Source: Octopus bimaculoides
Taxonomy: Eukaryota
NCBI RefSeq assembly: GCF_001194135.2
Contig: NC_068992.1
Location: 42,144,175-42,177,371, forward strand
DNA: 33,197 nucleotides
Direction: 5' to 3'
Positions within the stretch are counted from its first letter, which is position 1, and the number at the start of each line of letters is the position of its first letter. The notes under the pieces are model-generated. The model saw nothing but the letters and a program-made list of their open reading frames with translations. It had not been told where the DNA came from and did not search any database. Below, piece by piece: positions 21,007 to 33,153 of this stretch. The position numbers were made by a program, and so were the translations under genes.

Positions 21007-22807
21007 TGTATTAATAGATAGATAGGTAGACAGGCAGATAAATAGATAGATAGACAGATAAATATACACATACAGACTCATATCTCTCTATATGTAGAAA
21101 AATATATTATACACACATACGCATGCACATTCACACCAATACAAACACGCATGCACATACATACCCATATGTATGTGTATGTGTGCGTTTGTGTGTTTGT
21201 ATGTGTGTTTGTAGTTGTATATATGTGCTTCGTGTATGTTGTTGGAGTTGTTCTTTGGTCTCAGTTAATTTTTATGGAGGACATGTAGATTTTTTTCAAA
21301 TGCTTTGAGTTCATATACTGTCCCAGGTTTACTCTACGTTCCCATTGCTTTTTATTCATGAAAATAAATTTGTAATTTCATAATCTGTGGCTGCTATTTC
21401 TGCTATGTCTAGCGATTGCGTAAGGGATTTCCTTTGTAACTAGATGCATGTTTTATGTAGGTGTATATAAACGACAAATGCTGAAATATATTCAACAAAG
21501 AATATTTCATAATCTAACAAAATTATGCATTACATTAACCTTCAAACATGGAGAAATTCTATTGAAATTTAACTTTCATGTAATTCTATTTACTTCATAT
21601 ATCATGAGCATTAATTCGTATTAATGTTCTTGCGTTGATACTGACCTTTTAAACCAGAAATCATTGTAATGATGATGATGACAATAACAACAACAACCAA
21701 AACCGCAACGACAACAACAACAATAAGAATAATATTGTGTTGTTCTGCTTACGTTTAATGTATTAACTTTTGTCAATGCTTGTCATTATCTTCATTTGAA
21801 TGGTATACAAGAGTAGATACAACTGAGGAATCCTGAGGTAAGAAACGGCTGAATGTTTAATGATCTTCTGAATACAGCTCTGCTTGATCTGTTTCCGATC
21901 AATAACTCAAATGGCAGCACTTACACATACACACATCCAAGCACACACCTGCATACACATACGAACGTACACACACACACACACGCACACACACACACAC
22001 ACATATACACACAAACACACACGCAAACACACACAGACACACACACGCAAACACACACAGACACACACACGCTCAAACAAGACACAAACACACACAACCC
22101 ATACACACATATGATTACTATGGATTGCGGTTTTCATGATCCATTACAAAGCAAGGTTGTTCATTATTCACAGTTTCCAATAGATATTTATCATAGGATA
22201 CACATCATAGTTTATATTAAATGATAAATATGCAAAAATATACCGTGAACTGTCTGCAATATTAAAATGATATTCTGTGTAATCCATTTATCAAAATGAC
22301 ATCTATACTATGGTGAGGCAGATAATGAACCGTCCATAGATCTTCACTGTGCCTCTTATATACTATACTTGTACAACGACGTTACAGGGTATCGACAAAC
22401 ACTTCATTGTTATTCTCGATATATTATGCATCGTGTTAAGATACCAATTATAGGAGAATATGCAAAGTTCTTTTGGATAATGTCTTTAGAATAAATGCAA
22501 GAACATATTCTAAAGTCGACTTTGTAGTTTCGTAATTGCAAATTAAAATAAATAAGCAGCCATAAGAGTATATTTAATAAAAGCTGCAATAAATGCTGGT
22601 TTGTTGTTTGGTTGGTTGGTTGGCTGGTTGGTTGGTTGGTTGGCTTTTATCTCCTGTCACGTTCAAATCATACACAGAAAGAGTAAGAGATGAATTAATA
22701 GAGAGATTCAGCTGGTGTTAATATAAGGGATATATTAACAGGATGAACGCACATACTATGCTTAGTGGCAGGCAAGGTGCAAAAAACGCTACACACATAC
22801 AGAGCGA

Positions 22808-22808
22808 A

Positions 22809-22855
<47 letters not shown>
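22808..22855. repeat. (TAGA)n microsatellite
   Basis: Directly visible. Confidence 0.95.
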
Positions 22856-23119
22856 GTTAAAGAGAGAGAGGAATCATAGGGAAACAGTAGGAGGAGGGGG
22901 GAACATATGAGAATAGTTTGAACAGAACATGGACCAGTGAGAAATTAGTTTTATTTGAATTTTAATCTAATAAATATTTTATGATAGTGATATAACTCTT
23001 CCTATATTTACCTCTCAGCCGATCTACTTCACAGCCAATCTATTAGTTCTCAGATGGTTCTAATAATGTAAGAGCTACATCTTTATACAAAAATGGATAA
23101 AGCTCTTTCCTGAGTCATA

Positions 23120-23340
23120 TAAACTCTTAAGGCCGGTTTTCCTGTTTTTTCTGGTGTATTTTTTCCGTCGTGGACGGGATGCCAGTTCTTCGCAGGATTA
23201 CTCATTGTTGCTCGCTGAGTCGAGCGGAACAATGTGAAATGAAGTGTTTTGCTCAAAACCGCAATGCATTACCCGGTCCAGGAATTGAAACCGCACTCTT
23301 ACAATCACGAATGCACCACGAAGCCTTGCGCCCACACTAC
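23120..23340 (-). mobile_element. SINE sharing its core and tRNA-like head with 2560-2900
   Basis: GCTGAGTCGAGCGGAACAATGTGAAATGAAGTGTTTTGCTCAA..CCCGGTCCAGGAATTGAAACC; the last part is a B-box-like motif on minus. Confidence 0.65.
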
Positions 23341-23434
23341 CGACTTCACAGCCGTTAGGTGTTATTACTGTGTCAAATGTTAAGTGTAATTATCTCCAAA
23401 GACCTCTCTCTTGTCGAAAATATCCTTAGCATAC

Positions 23435-23535
23435 CTTGTACTCCTTTCCAAAAGTTATCTTTTTTGAAAGCCAGAAAATATTTGTGCGCCTCATAATGAA
23501 TTTCCCCAGCCTCAGATGAGGCATACAGCAAAGTT
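23435..23535 (-). CDS. Coding exon (4th): (I)TLLYASSEAGEIHYEAHKYFLAFKKDNFWKGVQ
   Basis: Donor AAG|GTATGC. One open frame across 101 nt. Phase 2 start and phase 1 end fit both neighbours. The acceptor (GTTGAAACAG) has a poor pyrimidine tract. Confidence 0.55.
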
Positions 23536-24002
23536 CTGTTTCAACATCTGGAATGATGTTGTTGCTACAAACTCCTGGTTCCCTGGATCATATCCAAAGG
23601 CTATTCACATCTGGAACAACGCTGTTGCTACGCACTCCTCTTGTTGTGGACCATATCCAGAAAACGTGCAATCGACTAAAAGGCATACTATCACTAACAG
23701 GCACAGTCTGGGATTTAGCTTGCTGTCGGATTACTCCTCTATATCTCTCTATCTCCGTCTCGCTCTCGTTGAGTTCTCTAACACCACTACACTATCCTCT
23801 AGCCTTAGGAGTTGATCAGTTTCGTATTTCCACCTCTTAGGCATTCTTGGTCAGTGAAAACTTGCTTTCATCTCATTAACCATAGTTCAATTTGTCGTTC
23901 CCAGGTCATCTACTCTCTATAATCTCATTTTCACTCATGACTTTTGTGCAAATGTGGAGCTGAAATCGTTGGGAAACAGTATTATTATCATGAGCTTCAA
24001 CA

Positions 24003-24215
24003 CGGCGCTGAGCTGGCAGAATGGCTACCGCACTGGACAAAATACTTAGCGGCATTTAGTCCACATTTACTTCTGAGTGGAGATGCCCTAGGGGATAACT
24101 TTGCCATCGATCCCCTCGGAGTCAATAAAATAAGTACCAGGTGAGCAGTGGGGTCGATGTAATCGATTAAGCGACTCCACAAAAGTTTGAAACTTGTATC
24201 ATCAGTTCCAACAGA
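24003..24215 (+). mobile_element. Family-1 tRNA-derived SINE, diverged
   Basis: GAGCTGGCAGAAT..TTAGCGGCATTT..AATAAGTACCAG..GGGGTCGATGTAATCGATT is collinear with 15705-15920. Confidence 0.8.
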
Positions 24216-24805
24216 AAGAGGACCTGCAAGCGAAAATATGACAATAAATGTTTTTTTTTTATAATTTGTAATAAATTTACATTATAACAGATAAGACCTT
24301 GTCAAATGAGACGTACATACACGCCATTAAATAACAGTGATGATTAAGAAAAGGCTGGGAAGTAACAACAGAGTGAAGAGATTAGTTTTAGGGAAATAAT
24401 GTAAAATAGAAATTTAAAAACGAAATTTGAAAAGTCGGAAAGTATATACTGTAAAAGATTTTCTCTCTTCCAATAGTGGAAATCTCCCGCAAGGTAAAGC
24501 ATCGTAGCAATTTCATCTTTCGGGATATGTTATACGTAATACACTATAAGACTTCGAATAAAATGACAGTAGGTACCAGAAGGCAAGAATAGGAAATATG
24601 AAATTCAGATTATTTAAGCGTGATTATTGGTAACGTGATGGAGCATTCCACAGTCATATGAAGCTACATCTTACATATACTCATACATATGTATACATAC
24701 AAAAACTCACAGAAAATATTTTTCCGAGGGCCTCTCAGAAAAATTGTGTATATATCTGTGTATAATTTATCGTTTTATAAGTGATAATGTATGTATATAT
24801 ATGCA

Positions 24806-24856
<51 letters not shown>

Positions 24857-25261
24857 NNNNNNNNNNNNNNNNNNNNNNNNNNNNNNNNNNNNNNNNNNNN
24901 NNNNNNNNNNNNNNNNNNNNNNNNNNNNNNNNNNNNNNNNNNNNNNNNNNNNNNNNNNNNNNNNNNNNNNNNNNNNNNNNNNNNNNNNNNNNNNNNNNNN
25001 NNNNNNNNNNNNNNNNNNNNNNNNNNNNNNNNNNNNNNNNNNNNNNNNNNNNNNNNNNNNNNNNNNNNNNNNNNNNNNNNNNNNNNNNNNNNNNNNNNNN
25101 NNNNNNNNNNNNNNNNNNNNNNNNNNNNNNNNNNNNNNNNNNNNNNNNNNNNNNNNNNNNNNNNNNNNNNNNNNNNNNNNNNNNNNNNNNNNNNNNNNNN
25201 NNNNNNNNNNNNNNNNNNNNNNNNNNNNNNNNNNNNNNNNNNNNNNNNNNNNNNNNNNNNN
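24857..25261. other. Assembly gap between (CT)n and poly(A)
   Basis: N-run. Confidence 1.
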
Positions 25262-25293
<32 letters not shown>

Positions 25294-25794
25294 AGCACAC
25301 AAAACTCAAAGCAGACGACAAAATCTGGGTGTACAGTCGCCATGTTGAGACAAAATAAAACTATCCTTTGTTGCAGTGAGATGCATCATTGTCATCGCGA
25401 CTAAAACAAATAACACCAGATTAATTTTGCTACGAAGGTGCTGTTGATCAGTGTTCTTTGTTTTTTTGCTTTTGACCACATCATTTTCATATTTGAACGG
25501 CTCTAATGTGCTGTCCATTTAGAAGTCAAAACCATCATTAATCAAACTCAATTCCAGAGACTGTTTTGTCTGGTTATTTCTATTAAGTGCGCTCTCTCTC
25601 CCTCTCTATCTGTCTTTATCTATCAGTCTGTCGAGTTATCTCACATTCTCCGTCCTTTCACCACTGAGACATATGTTAGTGTATCTGCTAAACATCGACT
25701 AGTGTTGATTCACTCAAGATCGGAAAACCTCAAATATATATATATATATACATATGTGTGTGTGTATGTGTGTGTGTCTGTCTGTGTGTAATCT

Positions 25795-25953
25795 TTTATC
25801 TTTTACTTGTTTTAGTCATTAGACTGACGCCATGCTGGGGCAACACTTTGAAGAATTTATTAGCTGAACAAATCGATCTCAGTACGCATTTTTAAAGCCT
25901 CTTACGTATTCTATAGGCCCTTTTGCTAAACCCATAAGTTACAGGAACATAAC
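25795..25953 (-). mobile_element. 3' half of SINE family 2
   Basis: CTTTTACTTGTTTTAGTCATTAGACTGACGCCATGCTGGGGCA aligns with 29260-29305. Confidence 0.75.
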
Positions 25954-26537
25954 TAACTATATAATATATATAACTATATACATAACTAAATATATATATA
26001 TATAATGTATAAAATAGAATGAAAAATAATTAGTAAATATAATGCTCGAAGGAGGTTCGAGGCTGATTGCGAATATTTTACATAAATGTTAGAATTACCT
26101 CATGGCTATATTTATTAATAATTAAAACGTCACTTATGCCTTACTTCCAATATGGACTACGGATTAAATCTGTCTCTTTCTAATTAGAATTACTTACAAC
26201 TTCAAATTGCTGCACCAATGAAATTTTATTAAAAAAAAAGTCATTATGAAATATCACTAATGGTATATGTGTGTGTGTTTGTGCGTGTGTGTGTATAGGT
26301 GTGTGTGTGTGTCTGTTGCATATAAAAATATTAGGTGTGCACTTGTACTTATGAAGAGAAAGGATCTTTTATACATACATAATGGTAAGTATATATGTGT
26401 GTGTGTCTCTGTGTGTGCGCATGCATATATACATGTATATATGGATACACACACACACACATATATATATGTATGTATGTATGTATGTATATATACGTGT
26501 ACGTGCGTGTGTAATGTTTGAAGATAACCAGAATATC

Positions 26538-26596
26538 TGAAGAAGAAGAAGAAGAAGAAGAAGAAGAAGAAGAAGAAGAAGAAGAAGAAGAAGAAG
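26538..26596. repeat. (GAA)n trinucleotide microsatellite
   Basis: Directly visible. Confidence 0.95.
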
Positions 26597-26878
26597 ATAC
26601 GTCGGTAACTGTTATCCCAGAAGCTAATTAAAACTTGAGAAATTATATATTTCGTCTGCAACATGCTAATTATCGTATCACTGTAAATTGCAATGAGACT
26701 CAAATAATGAATATTTGAAAACATTTTGTTTTTTTTCAGTTACAAACTAATTTTACATCGCTGTTAACATAGTCATTTATTGTACGCAAAAATCTACAGA
26801 AAAGCTTACACACATAAGTACGTTTTTGTATGTATACACACACACACACACACATACACACATACACACATACACACA

Positions 26879-26972
<94 letters not shown>

Positions 26973-27433
26973 GAGAGAGAGAGGGGGGAGAGAAAGGGAG
27001 AGGTGAGAGAGAAAGGATGAGAAAGATACAAAGTACATAGATTCGTGGATAGATATAAATAATTTTCAGAATATACGAAAAGAATGCATTTCTTTGGCGG
27101 AGAATTTGGCAAGTATGCTTAATGAGCTGACATCCATTTACGAGTGTACGTTGCTATGGCAGGCGCTATGAGGATAGCACAGCCATGGGTTTGGACACAA
27201 ATATTACAGATCCTGTTCCTATGTTCGTTTATTCCATTACTTCCGAAATTTTTCCGTTGAATCCCCATGTTACACACACACACGCGCACACATACCCCCC
27301 CACACACACACATGGACGCACACTCGCATACGCATACATACACTCACATACACACATATCTATCAATCATCTCTCTCACTCTCGCTCTCTTTGTAAGTAT
27401 ATATCTATATATATATATAAACATATATATATA

Positions 27434-27466
<33 letters not shown>

Positions 27467-28329
27467 NNNNNNNNNNNNNNNNNNNNNNNNNNNNNNNNNN
27501 NNNNNNNNNNNNNNNNNNNNNNNNNNNNNNNNNNNNNNNNNNNNNNNNNNNNNNNNNNNNNNNNNNNNNNNNNNNNNNNNNNNNNNNNNNNNNNNNNNNN
27601 NNNNNNNNNNNNNNNNNNNNNNNNNNNNNNNNNNNNNNNNNNNNNNNNNNNNNNNNNNNNNNNNNNNNNNNNNNNNNNNNNNNNNNNNNNNNNNNNNNNN
27701 NNNNNNNNNNNNNNNNNNNNNNNNNNNNNNNNNNNNNNNNNNNNNNNNNNNNNNNNNNNNNNNNNNNNNNNNNNNNNNNNNNNNNNNNNNNNNNNNNNNN
27801 NNNNNNNNNNNNNNNNNNNNNNNNNNNNNNNNNNNNNNNNNNNNNNNNNNNNNNNNNNNNNNNNNNNNNNNNNNNNNNNNNNNNNNNNNNNNNNNNNNNN
27901 NNNNNNNNNNNNNNNNNNNNNNNNNNNNNNNNNNNNNNNNNNNNNNNNNNNNNNNNNNNNNNNNNNNNNNNNNNNNNNNNNNNNNNNNNNNNNNNNNNNN
28001 NNNNNNNNNNNNNNNNNNNNNNNNNNNNNNNNNNNNNNNNNNNNNNNNNNNNNNNNNNNNNNNNNNNNNNNNNNNNNNNNNNNNNNNNNNNNNNNNNNNN
28101 NNNNNNNNNNNNNNNNNNNNNNNNNNNNNNNNNNNNNNNNNNNNNNNNNNNNNNNNNNNNNNNNNNNNNNNNNNNNNNNNNNNNNNNNNNNNNNNNNNNN
28201 NNNNNNNNNNNNNNNNNNNNNNNNNNNNNNNNNNNNNNNNNNNNNNNNNNNNNNNNNNNNNNNNNNNNNNNNNNNNNNNNNNNNNNNNNNNNNNNNNNNN
28301 NNNNNNNNNNNNNNNNNNNNNNNNNNNNN
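27467..28329. other. Assembly gap inside (TA)n
   Basis: N-run. Confidence 1.
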
Positions 28330-28589
28330 TATATTATATATATAACATACTTTAGATTATGGCTTACTACGAGTTTTCTTCAAAATGTTTATTTGTGTAA
28401 TACCGCTTCCTAAGCAATTAGGAGTTCTTTATTTTAAGACGTGGTTTTACATAAGATAATACCCTAATTTTTAGTAATTGATGCATTGATTTGAATTTAA
28501 GTCTATCTACTTGCAAAACACACACACCCACACACACACACACGTTTTAGGAAGTATGAAAAAATAAATATATTTTTCTACGTACATAC

Positions 28590-28643
28590 ATAGACCATGT
28601 CATGTTTCTGTGGAAGACATCACGAATGTGATAAGCAGCTGTC
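28590..28643 (-). CDS. Coding exon (3rd): (W)TAAYHIRDVFHRNMTWS
   Basis: Acceptor CATTTTAG, donor GTATGT. Only the phase-2 frame is open. The leading G completes TG|G = Trp from exon 30384-30459. Confidence 0.6.
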
Positions 28644-28944
28644 CTAAAATGTCGTCACGGTAATACCTTCGTTGCTAAAACAATTTACAATGCCATACGT
28701 ACATACAAACACACATATATATGTTCGTACGTACATACATGCGTACATGCATCCATACATACACACATACATACATACATACATACGCAGAATTAGGTAA
28801 GTTGAAGCATGTTTCTCACATATTTTAACTGCTAAAATGCAAATACACTGCAGTTACTGTGAAGTTACCGTGGAGGAAAAAGGTGTGAAAACACCGGTTC
28901 GTTCAGTGTATTTGCCTTTTAGTAGTTTAAATATATGAAAAACA

Positions 28945-29160
28945 TTCCTTTTTCCACTAGGCACAATGCCAGAAATTTTATGACGGAGAGCCAGTCGAAT
29001 AGATCGACTCCAGTACGCAACAGGTACTTAATTTATCGACCCTGAAAAGATGAACGGCAAAGTCGACCTCGGCGGAATTTGAACTCAGAAAGTAAATTCA
29101 GACGGAATACCGCTACTGATTTCGCCCGGATTGCTAAAGTCTCTGCCAGCTCACCGCCTT
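28945..29160 (-). mobile_element. Family-1 tRNA-derived SINE
   Basis: Full length and collinear with 31974-32188. Confidence 0.9.
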
Positions 29161-29258
29161 TGAAAATATATATATATCGCCAGTGCAACGGACATCCCTC
29201 TGAATATGATCATTGTTTTATTAGGGCAATGAATGCAGGTCATACCGTTTATATCTCA

Positions 29259-29665
29259 TCTTTCACTTGTTTCAGTCACTTGAGTGCAGCCATGCTGGGG
29301 CACCGATTTCAAAGGTTTTAGTCGAACTAAAACCGCCAGGATTTATGTTTTTTTTTAAGTCAAGTACTTACTCGAACGGTCTCCTGGCAGAACAGATAAG
29401 TTACAGAGACTTAAACACACCAGCACCGGTTGTCAAGTGGTGATGGGCACAGAGACACAAGCAGAAAGACACTCGCGCACATACACACAAATGTATATAT
29501 GTGACAGGCTTCTTTCAGTTTCCCTCTTCCAAACGCACTAACAAGGTATTGATCGGCCCGAGGCTACAACAGAAAACAGTTGCTCAAGTTGCCACGCAGT
29601 GGGATTAAACCCGGATCTACGTGGTTGAAAAGCAAGTTTCTTACCGCACAGCCATGCATGCGCCT
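29259..29665 (-). mobile_element. Near full-length SINE family 2 (~400 bp, tRNA-like head at the right, internal microsatellite-like linker)
   Basis: Its two halves match the separate fragments at 25795-25953 and 16890-17040. Confidence 0.85.
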
Positions 29666-29699
29666 AGATATATGGACAGAATAAAATATTCTTTGTAAT

Positions 29700-29900
29700 T
29701 TAGCTACAAGACCAGACATTTTGAAGGAAGCTGTGAAAGTTGATTACTTCGTCCCCAGTGCTTGACCGTACTTCATTTTATCGCTTAGGAGATGTTTAAA
29801 GGCACGTTTTGTCATGGTGGGATTTGCACCCAAGACATAGTGTTGGAAGAAATTACTCTTAGCATTTTGTTCGACGCAGTAGAGATTCTGCTAGGTCACC
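29700..29900 (-). mobile_element. Diverged family-1 SINE
   Basis: CAAGACCAGACATTTT..GTCCCCAGTGCTTGACCGTAC..GGATTTGCACCCAAGAC..AGCATTTTGTTCGACG collinear with intact copies. Confidence 0.6.
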
Positions 29901-30383
29901 GAATTTGGACGAAATTGAATGATAAAAGTAATTAAATGTCTCAGATAATTAATCCTCACATTGGAACGAAGTAGTCAAACATTTTATAAAATATAACAGT
30001 TTTATATTTGCTAATAGAGGATTTAGCTATTTTTCACTGTTAATAAAATTTCATTACCATAAATGAAAAATTGTCCGTATTCGAAGCAACCCTGCTGTAT
30101 TAATATTGATTAAATTTAATGAATTTTAATGCATAAAGATTTTTTTTTTTTAAATGGAAAATTTGATGAAAATATTTTTGACAAAGAATGAATACAGTAT
30201 TGATTCTTGTAAATTATCGAAAAAATTATTTTTGTTATGTATTTTTTTTCTTGTCTGCTATTCTAACAATGGTAATTTTTATCTTGGCACTCGAACTGCT
30301 GGTTTGACAACGAATAAATGTTCTGTTATAGAACTTGCTTTAAAACACATAAAAATGAAATAAAATAATGTTTCACAACTTAC

Positions 30384-30459
30384 CAGTTAAGATGAGACTT
30401 CAGTGGTGATATCATGTAGGTTATTCCAGTCTTTGGAAAACTAGAAGCATATTTGTCAT
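30384..30459 (-). CDS. Coding exon (2nd; best splice signals): (Y/D)DKYASSFPKTGITYMISPLKSHLN(W)
   Basis: Long acceptor tract CTCTCTCTCCTTTTTTTTTTCTTTTTTTAG and a perfect donor CTG|GTAAGT. Only one frame is open across 76 nt. Confidence 0.75.
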
Positions 30460-30791
30460 CTAAAAAAAGAAAAAAAAAAGGAGAGAGAGAGAGAGATGAA
30501 AGAAACAAAATAAATATTTGTTTTAAGTCTTTCAGAATAATACGCATTTTAAAGTAAAATATCGAAGATAACAGAATACGTATTAATTGAAACATTCTGG
30601 CAGGCAGCCACCTTGGAAAATTCTACTGAGTTTCTATTATTTTCAAAATCATTCTGAGACTGTTTTGGAGATAATTATGGACACCTATATTTACTCTTTT
30701 ACTGAGTACTGACACCAGGAAATATAAGTTGAGCCAATAAAAATACGAAAGGAAAAGTTATATATTTCCAAAGAAAGTAACAATTCCTCAC

Positions 30792-30867
30792 ATATTCCAT
30801 TGCCAATCCCTTTCGATAAGAAAAGTAAATACGTAGCAAAAAATCCATTTAAACTCACAATGGAAAC
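30792..30867 (-). CDS. Probable coding exon (1st of the assembled set): VSIVSLNGFFATYLLFLSKGIGNGI
   Basis: Acceptor ATTATGTCACTACAG, donor GTGAGG. The phase 0 to 1 reading gives T|AT = Tyr into the next exon. A second frame is also open and there is an internal GTGAGT, so the call is less secure. Confidence 0.45.
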
Positions 30868-31112
30868 CTGTAGTGACATAATAATATATAAAAACGATAA
30901 TATAAAATATGGCCGTTTTTATAAACATGTTTTTATGTATTTTTAGCAGAATACCTTCCGACTGATTAAAATCAATATGTGTATACGACTGAATAAACAG
31001 TCGTCTGATATATACATTTCCAAATACATGCACATGCATATACATATACATATGTGCGTGTGTGTGTGTATCAATATCGATATCTGTATATACATACAAA
31101 CGTATATATATA

Positions 31113-31627
31113 NNNNNNNNNNNNNNNNNNNNNNNNNNNNNNNNNNNNNNNNNNNNNNNNNNNNNNNNNNNNNNNNNNNNNNNNNNNNNNNNNNNNNNNN
31201 NNNNNNNNNNNNNNNNNNNNNNNNNNNNNNNNNNNNNNNNNNNNNNNNNNNNNNNNNNNNNNNNNNNNNNNNNNNNNNNNNNNNNNNNNNNNNNNNNNNN
31301 NNNNNNNNNNNNNNNNNNNNNNNNNNNNNNNNNNNNNNNNNNNNNNNNNNNNNNNNNNNNNNNNNNNNNNNNNNNNNNNNNNNNNNNNNNNNNNNNNNNN
31401 NNNNNNNNNNNNNNNNNNNNNNNNNNNNNNNNNNNNNNNNNNNNNNNNNNNNNNNNNNNNNNNNNNNNNNNNNNNNNNNNNNNNNNNNNNNNNNNNNNNN
31501 NNNNNNNNNNNNNNNNNNNNNNNNNNNNNNNNNNNNNNNNNNNNNNNNNNNNNNNNNNNNNNNNNNNNNNNNNNNNNNNNNNNNNNNNNNNNNNNNNNNN
31601 NNNNNNNNNNNNNNNNNNNNNNNNNNN
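31113..31627. other. Assembly gap inside (TA)n
   Basis: N-run. Confidence 1.
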
Positions 31628-31973
31628 TATATGTGTAAGGGGAGTGTTGAGGGGATTAAATAAACATTGGGTACGATCTCACATATGTATTATAGTCAGT
31701 TGAAAATTTTCATTTACTTAGACAGTATCTGCTACGAGAGTTTGAGAAAGAACTTTTGCTAAGAATGTTTACAATAAATGAAACAAATCAAGGACGTATA
31801 TCCATGAAGTTCAAATAAGAGAATCTTCTTGAAAAGTATGGCAGCTGAAACATTATGGAAACGGTCTTTATAACCAACAGGAGAAATAGCGTAGATATAT
31901 ATGTGTTACTGCACCTTCATAGTCGAGTATACTTTATTCAGTTTGTGAGTTAGTGTCAGTTGTCTGATATATC

Positions 31974-32188
31974 ATCTTTTCTGCACTAGGCACAAGGTCC
32001 GAAATTTTGGGGGAGGGGGCCAGTCGATTAGAAGGACCGCATTACGCAACTGGTTTTTAATTTATCGACCCTGAAATGATGAAAGGCAAAATCGACCACG
32101 GTGGAATTTTAACTCACAACGTAAGGACTGAAGAAATACCGCTAAGCATATCGCCCGCGTGCTAACGTTTCTGCCAACTCGCCGCCTT
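31974..32188 (-). mobile_element. Family-1 tRNA-derived SINE, well preserved
   Basis: CTAGGCACAAGGTCCGAAATTTTGGGGGAGGGGGCCAGTCGATTAG...CTGCCAACTCGCCGCCTT. Confidence 0.9.
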
Positions 32189-32229
32189 AATTGCCTGATA
32201 TATAATGGGAGCTACTAGAAATGACAAAC

Positions 32230-32403
32230 ACTGGTGGACATGCTTATAAAATCAAAAAACAACACAGCACATATGTCATTCGAAAACAGTTTTTCACGCT
32301 CAAAATTGCTGAAGCATGGAATAAACTACGCGCTTCAGTTGTTAGCTGTCGAGACACTACATCCTTGAAAACTTCCATGCTTCCTGAAATCCGGCAACTC
32401 TAG
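32230..32403 (+). mobile_element. 3' fragment of a CR1-clade LINE ORF2
   Basis: TGGHAYKIKKQHSTYVIRKQFFTLKIAEAWNKLRASVVS matches the CR1 ORF2 C-terminal signature RGH..KL.K.......RK.FFS.RV+..WN.LP..VV. Confidence 0.8.
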
Positions 32404-32530
32404 ATCTGATGGCCATTTTTTTTTTGTCTTTGCTGTAGTGCGCCTGAGTACTGTATACAATACAACGCTTTCCTTCATTATTATATCTTGACTGAGATTG
32501 AATTTGAATATTATAGCAGCAAAGCAAAAA

Positions 32531-32746
32531 ATGACGAGCTGGCAGAATCGTTAGCATACTGGACAAATTGCTTACCGACATTTTGCCCATCTTTACGGTC
32601 TGGTTTCAGATGCCACCGAGGTCGACTTTGCATTTTCTACTTACGGAGTCAATCAAATAAGAACCATTTGAACACTGGGACCAATGCAATCGAATTAACC
32701 CCTCTGCTGAAGTTGCTGACCTTATGCCAAATTTTGAAACCAATAT
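32531..32746 (+). mobile_element. Family-1 tRNA-derived SINE, diverged
   Basis: ACGAGCTGGCAGAATCGTTAGC..GAGGTCGACTTTGC.. collinear with 15705-15920. Confidence 0.85.
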
Positions 32747-33153
32747 TATAGCACAGAGAAAAACCTCAATTACGCTTCTACACGCCCACACAAGAAATTC
32801 AGTTAAGGCTTATATATGTAATATGGCGAATAGCAAATCATCCGTGGAACATTGCCCAACGTGTCCTTTATTAAAACGGTATGGTGTTACTTAGCTAAAT
32901 ATTTAGGTATTATTTCTAACAAACACTGAATCAACACTAAAACTTCCTCGCTGAAAGCATAGCTTTATGTCCTCATGTTTCACACGTATCTGATATATTC
33001 TTAATCTCTAAATTTCAATGTTACATTCATATGCCGTTACTGTGAGAATGCTGGTTTTACTAGCATCGTGTTATATTCCTAAAACTTGTTCTGGTATTTT
33101 AATGGTCTTTGGCAGCCACAAACAATTATCTACGCGAACACGGCATATAAATC

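Noticed and set aside
21823-21855. CUGAGGA...GAAAC hammerhead-like spacing
   Set aside because: Stem II does not pair at its base and there is no GUH triplet. It could equally be a plus-strand donor (GAG|GTAAGA); neither reading is supported.
28841-28913. 10-bp inverted repeat AAATACACTG/CAGTGTATTT with Tc1-like ends
   Set aside because: Too short, with no second copy in the window; could be chance.
30384-30459. DD.....FPKTG.T resembles the sulfotransferase PAPS-binding motif, and LKSHL resembles IKSHLP
   Set aside because: The preceding strand (KYASS) is not hydrophobic, the two motifs are ~50 residues too close together, and the first D depends on an unknown upstream base. The spliced context fits a PBP1-like fold better.
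2809-31703. Long ORFs in the track containing X-runs or HT/YI/CV/LS/RE dipeptide repeats
   Set aside because: They are translations of N gaps and dinucleotide microsatellites, not proteins.
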